From: the human T2T-CHM13v2.0 reference genome, Homo sapiens
Reading direction: 5' to 3' (one strand)
DNA length: 64,000 nt
Assembly: GCF_009914755.1 (NCBI RefSeq)
Contig: NC_060926.1
The translations under genes were made by a program, and so were the position numbers. Below are positions 52,831 to 64,000 of the stretch, one piece after another (the stretch's first letter is position 1; every line of letters begins with the position of its first letter). The notes beneath the pieces were generated by a model. The model worked only from the letters and a program-made list of their open reading frames with translations. It ran no database searches and was not told the origin of the DNA.

Positions 52831-54132
52831 TTAGAAATGTTTTGCTATGGCAAATCATTTCAACATTCTTTTGGAAAAGCTGACTGAAAAGTACTAAAGC
52901 AAAAGGGGAAATGCATCGGCTCCTGGAACTGAGCCAATACAAACAAATGAGCCAGGGGTCAAGCTTTAGATGTGGCTTAACCCACTCATTGAGTGTCAGG
53001 AATATCCAGTCTCTTCCCATCACTTGGCTCTACTTTCCTCCACGTTGGCTTCACTCTCCACAGTGTAACGAAATTGCTGCCCAAAATTCTGGGTCTATAT
53101 CTTTTCAGGCTTAAATTCAGCTGAAAAGAGAGCATCTGTTTCCTGAGGCTCCTACACGTCTGGGATTCGCTGTGAGACATTTGTGATCATTCATCCATCC
53201 CAAACCAATCATTGGAGTCAGACGGTGGCCAGATCTGAACCAATTGCTGTGGCTAAGGAGGTTCTAGGTGCCAGCTGGCCAGGCTTGGGGTCACTTGCCC
53301 ACTCCTGGAGACTAACCAGAACCCAGTGAACTGGGAGGGAGAAGGTGGGGGAGGGTTGTTCCCCAAAGAATGTTCCAACCACTACCACCAGAAGGTGAGA
53401 GAATGGAAAATGAACAGGAAAAACAACCAACATCCTCCACACACAAAATTTTATATGGAGAAGGGAGTTCTTCTGGTCAGTAGGAAAGGCAGATCAAAAG
53501 ATTTATAAAGTCCATGGCATCTGAGATTAACCACAAAAGACGTGTGAGGGGAAAGAAAGGGAAAGATATTGTTCCTTAATTTATTCAAATATTCATCATC
53601 ACTCCTCTGAACTGTAAGCCTTCTAGGGAGGGGCAGTCTGTCTTATCCCCAGTGCCTGGGACATAGCAAGTGATCAATAAACATCAGTTGAAGTAAATAA
53701 AAGAGAAGCAAACAGATTTGAGAGTCCTTGACTGAGATGTGCCATCCTGTTGGACTAAGATAGTTCATTTCAAATGTTTGTTTTTAAGCAACAGAACCTT
53801 TTTTTTTTAATGAAATCTTACCTGAAATGTGTGAAATCAAATCAGAGCTGCTATGATGGGAGCAGGTGCTAGAGCCTCATGCCTTGTCTACCCACAGGTG
53901 CTCAGCTGCTCCCTGCTCCCCCAGTGAACACAAGCTCTGTGGACGGGTTTGAAAACCCCTGGCCTGAGACCCAGGAAGGAGGCAGAGGAATGGAGGATCT
54001 TCAAAAAGGAGGTTGAGCTCAAATCCTGCCTGAGAGTTTGTACTCAATGTGGCTGAAGATTTTTGGGAAGGAGGGACATGATCAGGATTATATTATATTA
54101 TATTATATATATATATATTTATATAATATATA

Positions 54133-59310
<5,178 letters not shown>

Positions 59311-59315
59311 AATGA

Positions 59316-60218
<903 letters not shown>

Positions 60219-60266
60219 ATGATAATGGGCATAAACACAGATAAATATTAACAATTTCAGAATCTC

Positions 60267-62777
<2,511 letters not shown>

Positions 62778-63399
62778 AAATTTACTTTTCTTATTTCGTG
62801 TATCAGCACATACAAACCTACCTGTTTTTATGTCTTTTTTAAAATGAGGTAAAATATACACGTTTTATACAAAATTCAAAAGGCACAAGAGGGTATAATC
62901 ATAAAAAAATAGGTCGCCATCCACCCTTGTTCTCCAGATGCTCATCAGCAAATGACTCTTACCAATTTCCTAGATAGCCTTCTGGGGCGCCTCATTTCTT
63001 TTCCAAGCTGCTTAACATCCCACTGTATGGATACACCAATTCATCAGGACACTTAGATTGTTTAAATTCTGTGTCAATCTCATTAATTACTTACAACTCA
63101 ACTTTTCTTAGCAATATGGTGTTCCGCATTGTACAGCTGCACCGTAATTCATTTATTCATTTCCCTACTTATGAAAATTGAAGTTTAAATACCTAAACTG
63201 CATCTGCTCTTAGGGCACTCGTGCTGTTTAACCATTTCGGCCATTTTGTCATCAATATAGTTTATGTATTCCTCCACCCAACTGTGAGTTCCTCAAGGAC
63301 AGGGGCGGTGTTCATATTCATCTTTGCATCCTCTTAGACTAGCTTCCCGCACTTGGTCTAGTGTATACATTCACCAAACTTGTGTTCAATAATTGACTC

Positions 63400-63676
63400 A
63401 TCCGCGCTGAGTTCTGAAAGCTAGCGTGGGGAGGCGGAGCCAGGGGAAAGCCCTGCCCATTTGGGCTGTCCCGACCTCAGAGGGACCGGAACGTTCGTTG
63501 GAAGGATCCTCGTTTCTCAGGGACGATTTTGGACGCGAAGCGTGCCCCGCACAAGGATGGTTGCCATGAACCGGAAGTAACTGGTTGTTTTGCTGGCTCC
63601 AGTTTTTCCGCGGGGCGGAAAAGGCGTGTCTGCGTGTGTCCCAACCATTTCTAGTCCCCTTTCCTCGCAGGACCTC
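63400..63676 (+). promoter_or_regulatory. INO80B CpG promoter
   Basis: ETS/GABP motif CCGGAAGT at 63571-63578, adjacent partial X-box GTTGCCATGAAC, and GC boxes. Confidence 0.75.
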
Positions 63677-64000
63677 ATGAGTAAGCTGTGGCGGCGTGGG
63701 AGCACCTCTGGGGCTATGGAGGCCCCTGAGCCGGGTAAGCGCGAATAGATCAAGCAATTTAGGTCGTGTTAGAAAAGAAGTCCCGTTCTTGCTCCTCGGA
63801 GAGTCCAGGGTACTTCGGCCACAGGTGGCAAGGAGAAAGGCGGTGCTGTTGTTATGGTAACAGCGAGTACTGCGGGAAGGGTGGGATCCAGTAGGGGCTT
63901 AGGTTATTCAGGGCTTCCCCTGCCACCCTCCGGCCAAACACTGTTGACAGGCTTTCCTTCCACAGGAGAAGCCCTGGAGTTGAGCCTGGCGGGTGCCCAT
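63677..64000 (+). CDS. INO80B: INO80 complex subunit B, 5' partial (exons 63677-63734 and 63966->64000)
   Basis: MSKLWRRGSTSGAMEAPEP|GEALELSLAGAH..., phase-1 GT-AG intron. The CDS runs off the window. Confidence 0.92.

Overview
Primate (human-like) genomic DNA, dense in Alu, L1 and LTR repeats. The gene order fits the DCTN1-C2orf81-WDR54-RTKN-INO80B neighbourhood on human 2p13.1, recognised from the translated proteins. Spliced CDSs reconstructed by hand from GT-AG sites: C2orf81 (minus, 615 aa), WDR54 (plus, 334 aa), RTKN (minus, 563 aa) and the first two coding exons of INO80B (plus). A full-length HMGA1a retrocopy with target-site duplications (TSDs) sits in C2orf81 intron 1. The main finding is a hidden six-exon unprocessed short-chain dehydrogenase/reductase (SDR, RDH11/12/DHRS13-like) pseudogene at 16363-22159 (minus), with 3 frameshifts and 3 stops. 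A donor overlapping the C2orf81 stop codon and an acceptor at 22192 would splice C2orf81 in frame into this pseudogene, giving an uninterrupted 855-aa chimeric ORF. Other findings: a cassette exon in the last RTKN intron that would replace the PDZ-binding tail, a candidate extra RTKN first exon in an intronic CpG island, and RFX X-boxes in the C2orf81/WDR54 bidirectional promoter. Repeat coordinates and family calls are approximate, made by eye.
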